In this document: positions 29,598 through 38,998 of the stretch, piece after piece
Position numbering within the stretch: the stretch's first letter is position 1
Layout: every line of letters starts with the position of its first letter
Assembly (NCBI GenBank): GCA_963748015.1
Contig: CAVVHE010000008.1
Span: forward strand, 640,001-704,000
Direction: 5' to 3'
Origin: Terriglobia bacterium
GTDB lineage: Bacteria; Acidobacteriota; Polarisedimenticolia; Polarisedimenticolales; JAIQFR01
Length of the DNA: 64,000 nt
Notes under the pieces: generated by a model
What the model saw: the letters and a program-made list of their open reading frames with translations, nothing else
Database searches by the model: none
Told to the model about the DNA's origin: nothing
Translations under genes and position numbers: made by a program

Positions 29598-29990
29598 ATG
29601 GACAGTGCGACACCCCTCGACAAGCGCGTGGCAAACGAGGTCGAGATCCTCGAGAAGTTCGGCTTGCGGTGGGCCGTTCTGGCCGCCTGGTGCGACGAGC
29701 TGGCTCATCGGGGCCTCGCCGTCGACCTGCGGAAGCAGCTGGAGGACGCCCGCATCAAGCTCTCTTCGGGCGTCTTCTCCGCGTGCGAGATCGGCTGCGA
29801 TCTCGGCCGCATCGAGGCGACCCTCACCTCCGCGGACGCGTCCTCGACCCCCGACTCCACCTCCTACTGGCTCGACCTGCTCGGGAGAGCGATGGTGGAG
29901 ATCGTGGATACCGAGGAGCTCTTTCACAACCCCGGGGTCAAGTTCCGCTACCTGAACTGCGGGTTCCTGCCCTGCCGGTGCGACGACTGA
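29598..29990 (+). CDS. Hypothetical Cys-rich protein
   Basis: GGAGG RBS; CEIGC and C-terminal CGFLPCRC. Confidence 0.7.
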   Translation: MDSATPLDKRVANEVEILEKFGLRWAVLAAWCDELAHRGLAVDLRKQLEDARIKLSSGVFSACEIGCDLGRIEATLTSADASSTPDSTSYWLDLLGRAMVEIVDTEELFHNPGVKFRYLNCGFLPCRCDD

Positions 29991-30011
29991 CTGCGCTCCG
30001 CGGCGCGGCTC

Positions 30012-31526
30012 TCAGTGCGACGCGGATGGATCGAGGGCCTCGAAGACGTCCTGCGCCTGGTCGCAACCGACCTGAAGCGTCATCGTGACGTGATCGCGAA
30101 TAGCCTCCTGGAGCGCTCCCCCTTCCGGGTCGCCACGCAGGACGGCGAGACACGTCCGATTGAGAACATCGAGCGCGTCGCAGACGTCCCGGCTCGTGAA
30201 GCCCTCGCCGAACCGCTGCGCGGCGAGATCCCGGCAGTACGAGATGATCGCGCCCTTCTCGTGCGTCCGCACGGCGCTGGTGAGGTGCCGAAGGAGCTGT
30301 CGCGCGTTCCAGGCAACTTGCTCCTCGCTCAGGCTCCGGTAGCTGGGAAGGCGCCCGGAGCGGGCCAGCTCCACCAGGCGATTCGCGTATCGCCGGCAGA
30401 TTTCCGACTCATGCCGCTCGAGAAGCTGGTAGACCCTGAGGTTGACGCGCAACTCGACCTGTTTTCGCGCGGCGCGGTTGCGGCGATGCCATTCCACGGG
30501 GTCGGCCTTCATGTTTTCGATGAGGAACGGCAGCCTGCGGAGGATGCCCAATCGCGGCCGGGGCGCCCACGTAAGGAGCTGCCTGGAGCGCAGGGAGCTG
30601 ACGAGGAGTTGCCGGTCGACGTAGTGGGACATCCAGGGGCGCTCGAACGGGGTCTCCCCGGCCATCGCGCCGACGATGTTTCGCATCCTGATGCAGACGC
30701 CGCAGAGGTGCCTCGGAAGGAACAGGGGCCGGCCCGACTGGCCGTGGAAGCTGAGGTGCGCCAACTCGAAGATCTCCCGATGAGAGACCGCGCCGTCGGG
30801 ACTCGCGTTGAGCACCTGGCCCGGCTCGAGCTCGCCCAGTACGCCAAGTAGCTTCCGGAAGAACGGCGGCACGTCCAGCACGTGGAGGTAGGGGATGGCC
30901 GACCGTCCCGTCCCCCCTAGGATCCGGCTGCACCACGAGCCGGAGAGCCACGTGCTCAGGAACATGAACAGCGGAAAGTACTCGCACCAGTCGGAGAACA
31001 GCGCGGCGAAACGAACGATGCAGCTGCGGAAGTCGGCGCGGTACTCCTTCAACATCTCCTCCCCCGCGCCCTTGGCCCTGGCGTAAATGTGATCGCCGTC
31101 GGCCGCACTGCTTTCCGACACCATGTCGCCCGCGCGAGGGAATCTGCACGCCGCCAGCGAGCTCCCGAACACGAAATGGCGGATCCGAAGGTCCCGGCAC
31201 GCGTCGAGCACGTTGCGGAGGCCGTGGACGCTCGTACGCCAGTACTCCGGGTGCTCCTCTCCGGAGAAGTCGTGGTGCGCCGCGAGGTGGATCACGGTCT
31301 CGGCGCCGCCGTGCTCGCGGATGCGGCGAAAGACATCTCCTAGCGTGCTCCGGTCGCCCACGTCCACCTGAAACCAGAGGACGTTCGGGTGTACCGGCGC
31401 GCCAGCCCGCGCCTGGGAGCGGCGCGCCAGGCCGAAAATCACATAGTCGTCCTTCAGCGCGTCCAGGAGGTGCCTTCCGACGAATCCGGACGCGCCGGTC
31501 ACCAGCAGGCGCGGAAGGTCCGCCAT
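30012..31526 (-). CDS. Extended-SDR epimerase/dehydratase with C-terminal helical RsbRD_N/globin-like domain (paralog A)
   Basis: TGASGFVG, HLAA, YARAK; C-terminal LAAQRFGEGFTSRDVCDAL. Confidence 0.8.
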   Translation of the reverse strand: MADLPRLLVTGASGFVGRHLLDALKDDYVIFGLARRSQARAGAPVHPNVLWFQVDVGDRSTLGDVFRRIREHGGAETVIHLAAHHDFSGEEHPEYWRTSVHGLRNVLDACRDLRIRHFVFGSSLAACRFPRAGDMVSESSAADGDHIYARAKGAGEEMLKEYRADFRSCIVRFAALFSDWCEYFPLFMFLSTWLSGSWCSRILGGTGRSAIPYLHVLDVPPFFRKLLGVLGELEPGQVLNASPDGAVSHREIFELAHLSFHGQSGRPLFLPRHLCGVCIRMRNIVGAMAGETPFERPWMSHYVDRQLLVSSLRSRQLLTWAPRPRLGILRRLPFLIENMKADPVEWHRRNRAARKQVELRVNLRVYQLLERHESEICRRYANRLVELARSGRLPSYRSLSEEQVAWNARQLLRHLTSAVRTHEKGAIISYCRDLAAQRFGEGFTSRDVCDALDVLNRTCLAVLRGDPEGGALQEAIRDHVTMTLQVGCDQAQDVFEALDPSASH

Positions 31527-31701
31527 TGCCTCGATCATACCGCATTCGGAAGGCGAAACCCGCCCAACCGACCTTGAACCGGCGGCGGTCGTGGTGGTCT
31601 AATGCTCCTCGGGCCGCGACGGCTCGCCAGGCCGCCGGGACGACCGGCGTCGATGTCGGCCGGGAGTGAGGGATTCGCCGCCGGTTCCCGGGGAGCGACG
31701 C

Positions 31702-33312
31702 ATGGCGCTGCCTGCACTCATCGTCACCGGGGCGTCCGGTTTCGTGGGACGCCACCTTTTGGACGAGCTGAAGGACGAGTGCCGGATCTTCGGCATCGCG
31801 CGGCGCTCCCAGAAGGAGTGCGGCGCGCCGGTACATCCCAACATCGCTTGGATGCAGGTCGACGTCGGGGACCGCGAAGGTCTCGCGCGGACGTTTCGCG
31901 AGATCGCGTCCGCCGGCGGCGCCCGGATACTGATCCACCTGGCGGCGTACTACGATTTCTTCGGGACGGATCATCCGGAGTACCGGAGGACGAACGTCGA
32001 GGGGACGAGAAACGTACTGGAGCTGGCCAAGGCTCTCGACCTCGAGCGGCTCGTCTTCGCCAGCTCCGTCGCGGCGTGCGATTTCCCTCGCCCCGAGGGG
32101 GCGATCACGGAGGCCACGCCGGCCGACGGCCCCCATGTGTATGCCTGGAGCAAGCGCCAGGGCGAAGAACTCGTTCGGGCTCACTGCAGCTCGGTTCCGT
32201 CGTGCATCGTTCGATTCGGAGCCGTCTACAGCGACTGGTGCGAGTATCCGCCGCTCTTCATGTTCCTCGAAACCTGGCTCGGGCGCTCCTGGAAAGCGCG
32301 AATTCTCGCCGGGAAGGGGCAGACGGCCATTCCCTACATCCACGTGCGCGATATCGTGGCGTTCTTCAGGCGGCTCCTCGCGGTCCACCCGATGCTCGAG
32401 CCCGCGGAGATCCTCATCGCGAGCACCTCGGGTTCCACCTCCCACCACATTCTCCACTACCTCGCGACACGCCATCACTCCGGCCAGCCGAGGACGCCCT
32501 TCTTTCTCCCCGCGCCGATTTGCGGCGCCGGAATCGTCGCAATGAACGCCTGGGGCCGCGTTACGGGGAAACTCCCTTTCGAGCGCCCCTGGATGCGGAA
32601 GTTCATCGATACGCAGCTCGTGGTGGACAACACGCGGACGATCGAGCGGGTCGGGTGGTCGGCCAGCCCCAGCCATCGGATAGAGCGAAGAATGCCGTAC
32701 ATGATCGAGCGGCTGAAGAGCGACCCGGCGACGTGGCGGATTCGAAACGAGGCGGCGATGAGGCGCGAGCCGCTCCGGCCCGACATGAGGATCTACCAAG
32801 CCCTGGCGGCGCTCGAGGATCACGTCATCTCGACGGTGGGCGACGCCGTCCGGGCCCGTGCCGGGTCGGATCTGACGAGCTTCCAGGCGATGGACCCCGA
32901 GGAGCTGGGATGGTTCGTCCGCCTGCTGTACCGCCTCCTTCTGTCGTCCGTCCAGAGCAGCGATCGGATGTTGCTCCAGAACTACCTGGAGGTGACCGGG
33001 ATCAGCCGCTTCCGCGCCGGCTTCACCGCTCACGAGCTCACGCTTTTCCTCGATATCCTGAACGACACGATCTTGGCTGCCCTCGAGCCCGCCGGGGAGA
33101 TGAGGGATCTCACGCAGGCGGTCTACGATCGCATCTCGGTACCGATCGATTTCGGAAAGGACGAGATCGAGACGCAGTACGCGCGGTATCTGGCGGGGGG
33201 AGGCACCGCCCTGGCCGAGAAAGGGCGACCCGCAAGCGAGGTCCCGGCGGCCAGGACCCCCCGCGAGCTGCTGGAGGAGACCATCTGGAACTGCCTGGTC
33301 CAGAGGAAATGA
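31702..33312 (+). CDS. Extended-SDR epimerase/dehydratase with C-terminal helical RsbRD_N/globin-like domain (paralog B)
   Basis: TGASGFVG, HLAAYYDF, YAWSK; C-terminal GISRFRAGFTAHELTLFL. Confidence 0.8.
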   Translation: MALPALIVTGASGFVGRHLLDELKDECRIFGIARRSQKECGAPVHPNIAWMQVDVGDREGLARTFREIASAGGARILIHLAAYYDFFGTDHPEYRRTNVEGTRNVLELAKALDLERLVFASSVAACDFPRPEGAITEATPADGPHVYAWSKRQGEELVRAHCSSVPSCIVRFGAVYSDWCEYPPLFMFLETWLGRSWKARILAGKGQTAIPYIHVRDIVAFFRRLLAVHPMLEPAEILIASTSGSTSHHILHYLATRHHSGQPRTPFFLPAPICGAGIVAMNAWGRVTGKLPFERPWMRKFIDTQLVVDNTRTIERVGWSASPSHRIERRMPYMIERLKSDPATWRIRNEAAMRREPLRPDMRIYQALAALEDHVISTVGDAVRARAGSDLTSFQAMDPEELGWFVRLLYRLLLSSVQSSDRMLLQNYLEVTGISRFRAGFTAHELTLFLDILNDTILAALEPAGEMRDLTQAVYDRISVPIDFGKDEIETQYARYLAGGGTALAEKGRPASEVPAARTPRELLEETIWNCLVQRK

Positions 33313-33354
33313 CGCGTATCGGCTCGCTCGTCGGACGGGAAAATAGGGGGCGCG

Positions 33355-35346
33355 GTGAGAAGGCTGGGCTTTAGGACGAGGCTGCTCCTCGGTTTCTTCC
33401 TGGTCGTCGGCATCATGGCCACGGTGGCCACCTGGGCGGGCTTCTCGTTCATCTCCCAGACGATGGTGAAGGAGGCGATGCTCCGCGTGGAGATGGATCT
33501 CGGCGCCGCCTGGTCCGCCTACGAGGCGGAGAGGAACCAGATCCAGATCGTCGTCGGCATGGCTTCCCAAAACGACACGCTGCGGGCCGCCCTTCGGCCC
33601 CCCCGGCGGCTCGAGGGCGTCGGTAGGGAGCTCGAGGCCTATCGCAAGAAGTACAGGCTCGATTTTCTGACGCTGGTGGACGCCGAGGGCGTTGCAACCG
33701 CGCGGTCACGCCCCCCCCTCGCGGCGGGAGACAAGGTCTGGAGCGATCCGATCCTCGAACGCGCGCTGAAGGGGAAAGCCGCGAGCGGCACGGTCGTAAT
33801 GCCCGGCTCGGCCCTCGAGCTCGAGGGCGAGGAGCTCGAACAACGCGCCTACATCCCCGTGATCTTCACCGACAGAGCTGTGCCCACCGAGAGGATTGCG
33901 GAGGACCGGGGACTGGTCCTCGAGGCCGCCATGCCGATCGTGGGCTCGGGGGACCGAGTGATCGGGGCGCTCACGGGGGGAGTCCTGCTGAACCGCAAGT
34001 TCGCATTCGTGGACCGGATCCGTGACGTCGTGTTCGGAGACAAGACCTTCGAGGGGAAGCCGGTGGGGACGGTGACCCTCTTTCTGTCGGACGTCCGGAT
34101 CGCCACCAACGTGATGCTCGACCCGGGAACCCGCGCCATAGGGACCCGGGTCTCGCAGGCGGTTTACGAGACCGTGGTCAAGCGCGGCGAGCGTTTCGCC
34201 AATCGGGCCTTCGTCGTCAACGACTGGTACCTGTCGGCGTATGACCCGATTCGCGATCCGGACAACCGGGTGATCGGGATCCTCTACGTGGGCTTGCTCG
34301 AGAAGAAGTACATGGAGTTCAAGTCGAGCCTCGCCGCCCGGTACGTGGGGATCAGTTTCGGCGCGCTCGTGCTGTCGACGGTCGTCGCGTTGTACCTCGC
34401 CAGCGGCTTCCGGCGGCCGATCCACGGCCTTGTCCGAGCGACCCGGGAGCTCTCGAGCGGCAACCTCGCGGCGCGGGTGCGGCTCGGATGGGCGAGCCGC
34501 GAGACCGCCGAGCTCGGCGACGCCTTCAACTCGATGGCGGAGGCCCTGGAGAGGCAAACCAGCCAAGTGCAGGAAGCTTCGGAGGCCCTCCAGAAGGCGT
34601 ACAGGGAAACCGAGGAGAAGAACCGCGCCTACCTCGAGATGCTCGGCTTCGTGACCCACGAGTTGAAATCCCCACTGGCCTCCATCGTCTTCGCGATCGG
34701 CGCCCTGCGCGATCGCATCCTGGGTCCGGTCAACGACGCACAGGAGCAGATCCTCAGGGCGGCCTCGAACAGCGCGGATTACCTCCGGGACACCATCGCG
34801 AACTACCTCAACCTCAGCCGGATCGAGGAAGGCGAGCTGAGGCTTCGCTGGTCGGTGGTCGCCATTCGCGACGAGATACTGGCACCCGTCCTGGACCGGC
34901 TATCCGAGCTCGCCGCCGAACGCGGCATGCGGATCGAGTGCGAGGTTCCGCCCGACGTCGCCGGCGCGTGCGACCCCAGCCTGATCACGTCCGTTTTCCA
35001 GAACCTCCTGTCCAACGCCGTGAAGTACGGCCGGGAGGGGGGGCGGATCCGGGTCACCGCGGGGAGCGACGGGACTTCCGGTTTCGTGCGGTTCCATGTC
35101 TGGAACGAGGGGGAGGGGTTCCCGAGTGGCGAAGGCGAGAAGCTCTTCCGGAAGTTCTCGCGTCTGACCCACGGCGGCGACGACACGAAATCCGGCACGG
35201 GCCTCGGGCTGTTCGTATCCCGGGTGATCGTCGAAAAGCACGGCGGTCGGATCGAGGCCGAGTCGGCACCCGGGCAGTGGGCCGATTTCTCATTCACCCT
35301 TCCGACGGCCGTTCCACGTCCACAGATTCCGGTCCCGTCCGAGTAG
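33355..35346 (+). CDS. Cache-HAMP sensor histidine kinase
   Basis: Two TM helices; Cache motifs RIATNV and WYLSAYDPI; HAMP; THELKSPL; NLLSNAVKY; GTGLGL. Confidence 0.92.
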   Translation: MRRLGFRTRLLLGFFLVVGIMATVATWAGFSFISQTMVKEAMLRVEMDLGAAWSAYEAERNQIQIVVGMASQNDTLRAALRPPRRLEGVGRELEAYRKKYRLDFLTLVDAEGVATARSRPPLAAGDKVWSDPILERALKGKAASGTVVMPGSALELEGEELEQRAYIPVIFTDRAVPTERIAEDRGLVLEAAMPIVGSGDRVIGALTGGVLLNRKFAFVDRIRDVVFGDKTFEGKPVGTVTLFLSDVRIATNVMLDPGTRAIGTRVSQAVYETVVKRGERFANRAFVVNDWYLSAYDPIRDPDNRVIGILYVGLLEKKYMEFKSSLAARYVGISFGALVLSTVVALYLASGFRRPIHGLVRATRELSSGNLAARVRLGWASRETAELGDAFNSMAEALERQTSQVQEASEALQKAYRETEEKNRAYLEMLGFVTHELKSPLASIVFAIGALRDRILGPVNDAQEQILRAASNSADYLRDTIANYLNLSRIEEGELRLRWSVVAIRDEILAPVLDRLSELAAERGMRIECEVPPDVAGACDPSLITSVFQNLLSNAVKYGREGGRIRVTAGSDGTSGFVRFHVWNEGEGFPSGEGEKLFRKFSRLTHGGDDTKSGTGLGLFVSRVIVEKHGGRIEAESAPGQWADFSFTLPTAVPRPQIPVPSE

Positions 35347-35351
35347 TCCGG

Positions 35352-35410
35352 GCTAGGAGCCGGTCCGAGTAATCCCGCGGCCTACGGGATTACTCGGACC
35401 GGCTCCTAGC
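35352..35410. terminator. Perfect 26-bp inverted repeat between the convergent kinase and receiver genes
   Basis: GCTAGGAGCCGGTCCGAGTAATCCCG, 7-nt loop, exact complement; overlaps the receiver stop codon; no U-tract. Confidence 0.55.
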
Positions 35411-35846
35411 GCTCGGCCTCTGTGGTGCCGGCAGCGCCGGCCAGCATCGCCTCGATCCTCGCGAGGATCTCCGCCGGCCTGATCGGCTTCTCGACGAACG
35501 CATCGACGGGAAGGAGCGCGGTGCCGATCCGGTCGCTGAAGTTCAGGTGGGTCTTCGCCGTCACGCTGGTCAGCATGATGATCGGGACGTTCGCGTAGGC
35601 CGCGAACGGCGACTCCGGTCCGCTTGCTCGAAGCTGACTGAGGACCCGGAACCCCGCCACGAAATCCTCCATGATCACGTCGAGGATGATCAGGTCGGGC
35701 TCGACTTCGCGGATTCTCCGCAGCCCTTCGGCGGCGGAATGCGCCGAGTGGAACTCGTAGCCCCTGGCGTCGCAGACCAGCTTGAACACGTTGACGAGGT
35801 TCACGTCGTCGTCGATCATCAGCAGCTTCTTCTTGCCCGCGTCCAT
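35406..35846 (-). CDS. Single-domain response regulator
   Basis: LMIDDD, DLIILDVIM, IMLTS, FVEKP. Confidence 0.92.
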   Translation of the reverse strand: MDAGKKKLLMIDDDVNLVNVFKLVCDARGYEFHSAHSAAEGLRRIREVEPDLIILDVIMEDFVAGFRVLSQLRASGPESPFAAYANVPIIMLTSVTAKTHLNFSDRIGTALLPVDAFVEKPIRPAEILARIEAMLAGAAGTTEAER

Positions 35847-35868
35847 CAGAGTCCTCCAGGTGTTGTGC

Positions 35869-36276
35869 TCAACCCCCGATCACGACCTTGTCGCCGGCGA
35901 TCCGGACGGGAACGGACTCGAGAGGTCTGGGCGGGAGGCCGGTGATCACGCGGCCGTCGGCGTCGTAGACGCCGCCGTGGCAGGGGCAGTGATAGCGGCG
36001 GTCGGAGGGCTCCCAGCGGACCTCGCATCCCTGGTGGGTGCAGCGGAGCGAGCGGGCGCTGATGCCGCCGCCGGTTCGAACGATCTCGACCGGGATCTCC
36101 GCCCACACCATCCGGACGCGCTTCCCCTCCGGCACCTGCGCCAGCGGGACCTCGAGGGGCGGGGCTGTGGGGCCGCAGCCCGCGAGGCCGAGCGCGTGCG
36201 CGGCAGCGGCCAGTCCCGCGGTCCGTCCCAGGATTCCCAGCGCTTCTCGCCGCCCGCACTCGCCGCCGCCGGTCAC
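35869..36276 (-). CDS. Small Rieske [2Fe-2S] protein with Tat/lipoprotein leader
   Basis: GRREAL...LAGC leader; CTHQGC and CPCHGG; GGAGGAG RBS before GTG. Confidence 0.88.
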   Translation of the reverse strand: MTGGGECGRREALGILGRTAGLAAAAHALGLAGCGPTAPPLEVPLAQVPEGKRVRMVWAEIPVEIVRTGGGISARSLRCTHQGCEVRWEPSDRRYHCPCHGGVYDADGRVITGLPPRPLESVPVRIAGDKVVIGG

Positions 36277-36395
36277 GTGCCCCTCCTCCGCGCCGGACCG
36301 GATACCACGCGCCCCGGAAGGGTCGGCGGCAGCCGGGCCGGTCAAGTATCCTAAACGGGCAGGCGCGGAAATCCAACGGCGGGAGGCGGGCGATC

Positions 36396-38768
36396 GTGGA
36401 CGGGACCGAGCGGGACGGGCGGGGGGGCGTCGTCGAGCGGCGCCGGCTCGTCTGCCGCGGCGCCGTCCAGGGGGTCGGGTTCCGTCCTTCGGTTCACCGG
36501 CTCGCGACGGAGTTGGGGCTTGCCGGCTGGGTGCGCAACGGTCCGGAGGGCGCCGTCGTCGAGTTGGAGGGCCCCCGGGCGCTCGTCGAGACTTTCCTCG
36601 CGAGGTTTCCCCGCGAGCTGCCGCCGCTCGCGCGCCTCGAGTCTCTCGACGCCGAGGAGATCGCGCCCGAGGGGAGCCGGTCGTTCCGCGTCGAGGAGTC
36701 GGAGGCCGGGCCGCGAAGCGGGGCCCTCGTACCGCCCGACGCGGCGCTCTGCGCGGACTGCCGGCGCGAGATGGAGGATCCCTCCGACCGCCGCCACCGG
36801 TACCCCTTCACCACCTGCACGAACTGCGGGCCGCGCTTCTCGCTGTGCCTCTCGTTCCCGTACGACCGCGTGCGGACCTCGATGGCCCGCTTCCCGCTCT
36901 GCGCCGACTGCGCCCGCGAGTATCGCGACCCCGGCGACCGGCGCTTCCACGCGGAGCCGGTCTGCTGCCCAGCCTGCGGGCCGCAGCTGTCCCTCGTGGA
37001 TGCCGAGGGGAAGGTCGAGGCTACCGGTAGCGAGGCGCTCGAGGCCGCGCGGGGGGCGCTCGCCCGCGGCGCGATCGTCGCCGTGAAGGGACTCGGCGGC
37101 TTCCAGCTCGCGTGCCGCGCGGATCTCGTGCCGTCGCTCAGGCTCCTGCGCGAGCGGAAGCGGCGCCCGACCAAGCCGCTCGCGGTCATGGTCCGCGATC
37201 TCGAGGCGGCGAGGCGCCTGGTCGTGCTGTCGGAGGAGGACGATAGCCTGCTCGAGTCGCCCCGGTCGCCGATCCTGCTCGCGGCGCGGCGGAGCCCGTC
37301 TCCGCTCCCCGCGGACGTGGCGCCGGGAATCGACGATCTCGGCGTGATGCTCCCGACCACGCCGCTGCACGTGGAGCTCTTCCGCGGAACCCCCTACGAC
37401 GCGCTGGTCATGACCAGCGGAAACGCCGGCGACGAGCCGATCTGCCGCGGCAACCACGAGGCCGTCGGACGGCTCGCGGGCATAGCGGACCACTTCCTGC
37501 TCCACGATCGCGACGTGGTCCGCCGCGTGGACGACTCGGTGGCTCGCGCGCTCCCGGGGGGCGCCGCCGTCATGGTGCGGAGGTCGCGCGGCTGGGTCCC
37601 CGAGCCCGTCCCGCTCGCCGAGCCCGCGCCGGTCCCGATCCTCGCCCTCGGCGGGCACCTCGCGGTGACGGCCTGCCTCGCCTCCGGCGGGCAAGCCTTC
37701 CCGTCCCAGCACGTGGGCGATCTCGACAGCGAGCCGGCCCGGGCCTTCCTGGTGGAGGTCGCGTTAGGACTCGAGGAGTTCCTCGAATCGCGCGCCGGGG
37801 CGGTCGCGGTGGATCTCCACCCCGACTACCCGAGCACCTGGATCGGGGAGGACCTCGCGGCGCGGCGGCGGGTGCCGCTGATCCGGATCCAGCACCACCT
37901 CGCCCACGCCGCGTCCGTCCTCGCCGAGCACGGGGTCTTCCCGAGGCCGGGCGAGCAGGCGGGGGCGATCGTGCTCGACGGGACCGGGTGGGGACCGGAC
38001 GGTACCGCCTGGGGAGGGGAGTGGATCCTCCTGGAAGGCGACCTGCGCTGGCGGCGGCAGGCGCACCTCGCGGAGATCCCGCTCGTCGGCGGCGAGAGCG
38101 CGGTCCGCGAGCCGTGGCGCGTCCTGGCCGCGGCCCTGGCCCGGGAAGGTGCTTCGAGCCTGCTACCCCGACTCCCCGTCGCGGACCTCGTCGCGCCGGA
38201 GCGATTGCTCGAGGCAGCGCGCCTCGCCGCCAACCCCGCCTGGCCGCTCGCCGCGGGGGCAGGGCGGCTCTTCGAGGCGGCGGGGGCCCTTCTCGGCCTC
38301 GCGGCCGAGAACGGTTGGGAGGGGGAGGCCGCGGCCCGGCTCGAGTCGCTCGCGGCGAGCGATGCCGGCGACGCGATGGCCTGGCCGGAGGTCGGGCTTC
38401 GCGATCTGCCGCGAGGGCCGGTCGTGCCCGGGCCCGCCCTGCTCGCCGCGGCGGCGCGGCGGGTCGCGGCGGGAGAAGACCCGGCCCGGGTCGCGTCGGG
38501 GTTTCATGCTACCTTCTGCAAGCTGGCCGCGGAGGCGGCGTCCCGCGTGTTTCCCGCGGGGACCGCGGTCATAGCGCTCGGCGGCGGGTGCCTCGTGAAC
38601 CGGCTGCTCTCGAGGGGCCTCGCGGCCCGCCTCGAGGAAGCCGGCTTCGCCGTGAGGACGCCGCGCGCGCTTCCGCCCGGCGACGGGGGGCTCTCCCACG
38701 GCCAGGCGGTCCTCGCCGCCCTCTCGCTCGCGCGCGGGCGCGAGCCGGAGCTGAAAGGAGCGGTCTGA
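36396..38768 (+). CDS. hypF: Carbamoyltransferase HypF
   Basis: GAVQGVGFRP, CxxC zinc fingers, VKGLGGFQL, DLHPDY, QHHLAH, PPGDGG. Confidence 0.95.
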   Translation: MDGTERDGRGGVVERRRLVCRGAVQGVGFRPSVHRLATELGLAGWVRNGPEGAVVELEGPRALVETFLARFPRELPPLARLESLDAEEIAPEGSRSFRVEESEAGPRSGALVPPDAALCADCRREMEDPSDRRHRYPFTTCTNCGPRFSLCLSFPYDRVRTSMARFPLCADCAREYRDPGDRRFHAEPVCCPACGPQLSLVDAEGKVEATGSEALEAARGALARGAIVAVKGLGGFQLACRADLVPSLRLLRERKRRPTKPLAVMVRDLEAARRLVVLSEEDDSLLESPRSPILLAARRSPSPLPADVAPGIDDLGVMLPTTPLHVELFRGTPYDALVMTSGNAGDEPICRGNHEAVGRLAGIADHFLLHDRDVVRRVDDSVARALPGGAAVMVRRSRGWVPEPVPLAEPAPVPILALGGHLAVTACLASGGQAFPSQHVGDLDSEPARAFLVEVALGLEEFLESRAGAVAVDLHPDYPSTWIGEDLAARRRVPLIRIQHHLAHAASVLAEHGVFPRPGEQAGAIVLDGTGWGPDGTAWGGEWILLEGDLRWRRQAHLAEIPLVGGESAVREPWRVLAAALAREGASSLLPRLPVADLVAPERLLEAARLAANPAWPLAAGAGRLFEAAGALLGLAAENGWEGEAAARLESLAASDAGDAMAWPEVGLRDLPRGPVVPGPALLAAAARRVAAGEDPARVASGFHATFCKLAAEAASRVFPAGTAVIALGGGCLVNRLLSRGLAARLEEAGFAVRTPRALPPGDGGLSHGQAVLAALSLARGREPELKGAV

Positions 38769-38998
38769 TGTGCCTGGCGATACCGATGGAGCTGATCGAG
38801 CGGGGAGAGTACGACGGCGAGGTGGAGCTGAACGGCGTGCGCCGCAAGGTCTCGCTGATGCTCCTCCCCGAGGCCGAGGTGGGGGAGTACCTCCTGATCC
38901 ACGCCGGTTACGCCATCGGGAAGCTCGACGCCGAGGAGGCCAAGGAGACGATCGCCCTCCTCGAGGAGCTGGCCCGCGCGTCGGGGGATGCGCCGTGA
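38768..38998 (+). CDS. hypC: Hydrogenase chaperone HypC
   Basis: MCLAIP...LIHAGYAI. Confidence 0.95.
   Translation: MCLAIPMELIERGEYDGEVELNGVRRKVSLMLLPEAEVGEYLLIHAGYAIGKLDAEEAKETIALLEELARASGDAP

Noticed and set aside
30012..33312. SDR paralogs as the missing ArnA decarboxylase
   Set aside because: They lack recognisable ArnA-C motifs, carry an unrelated C-terminal domain and sit in the hydrogenase locus; not excluded, but unsupported.
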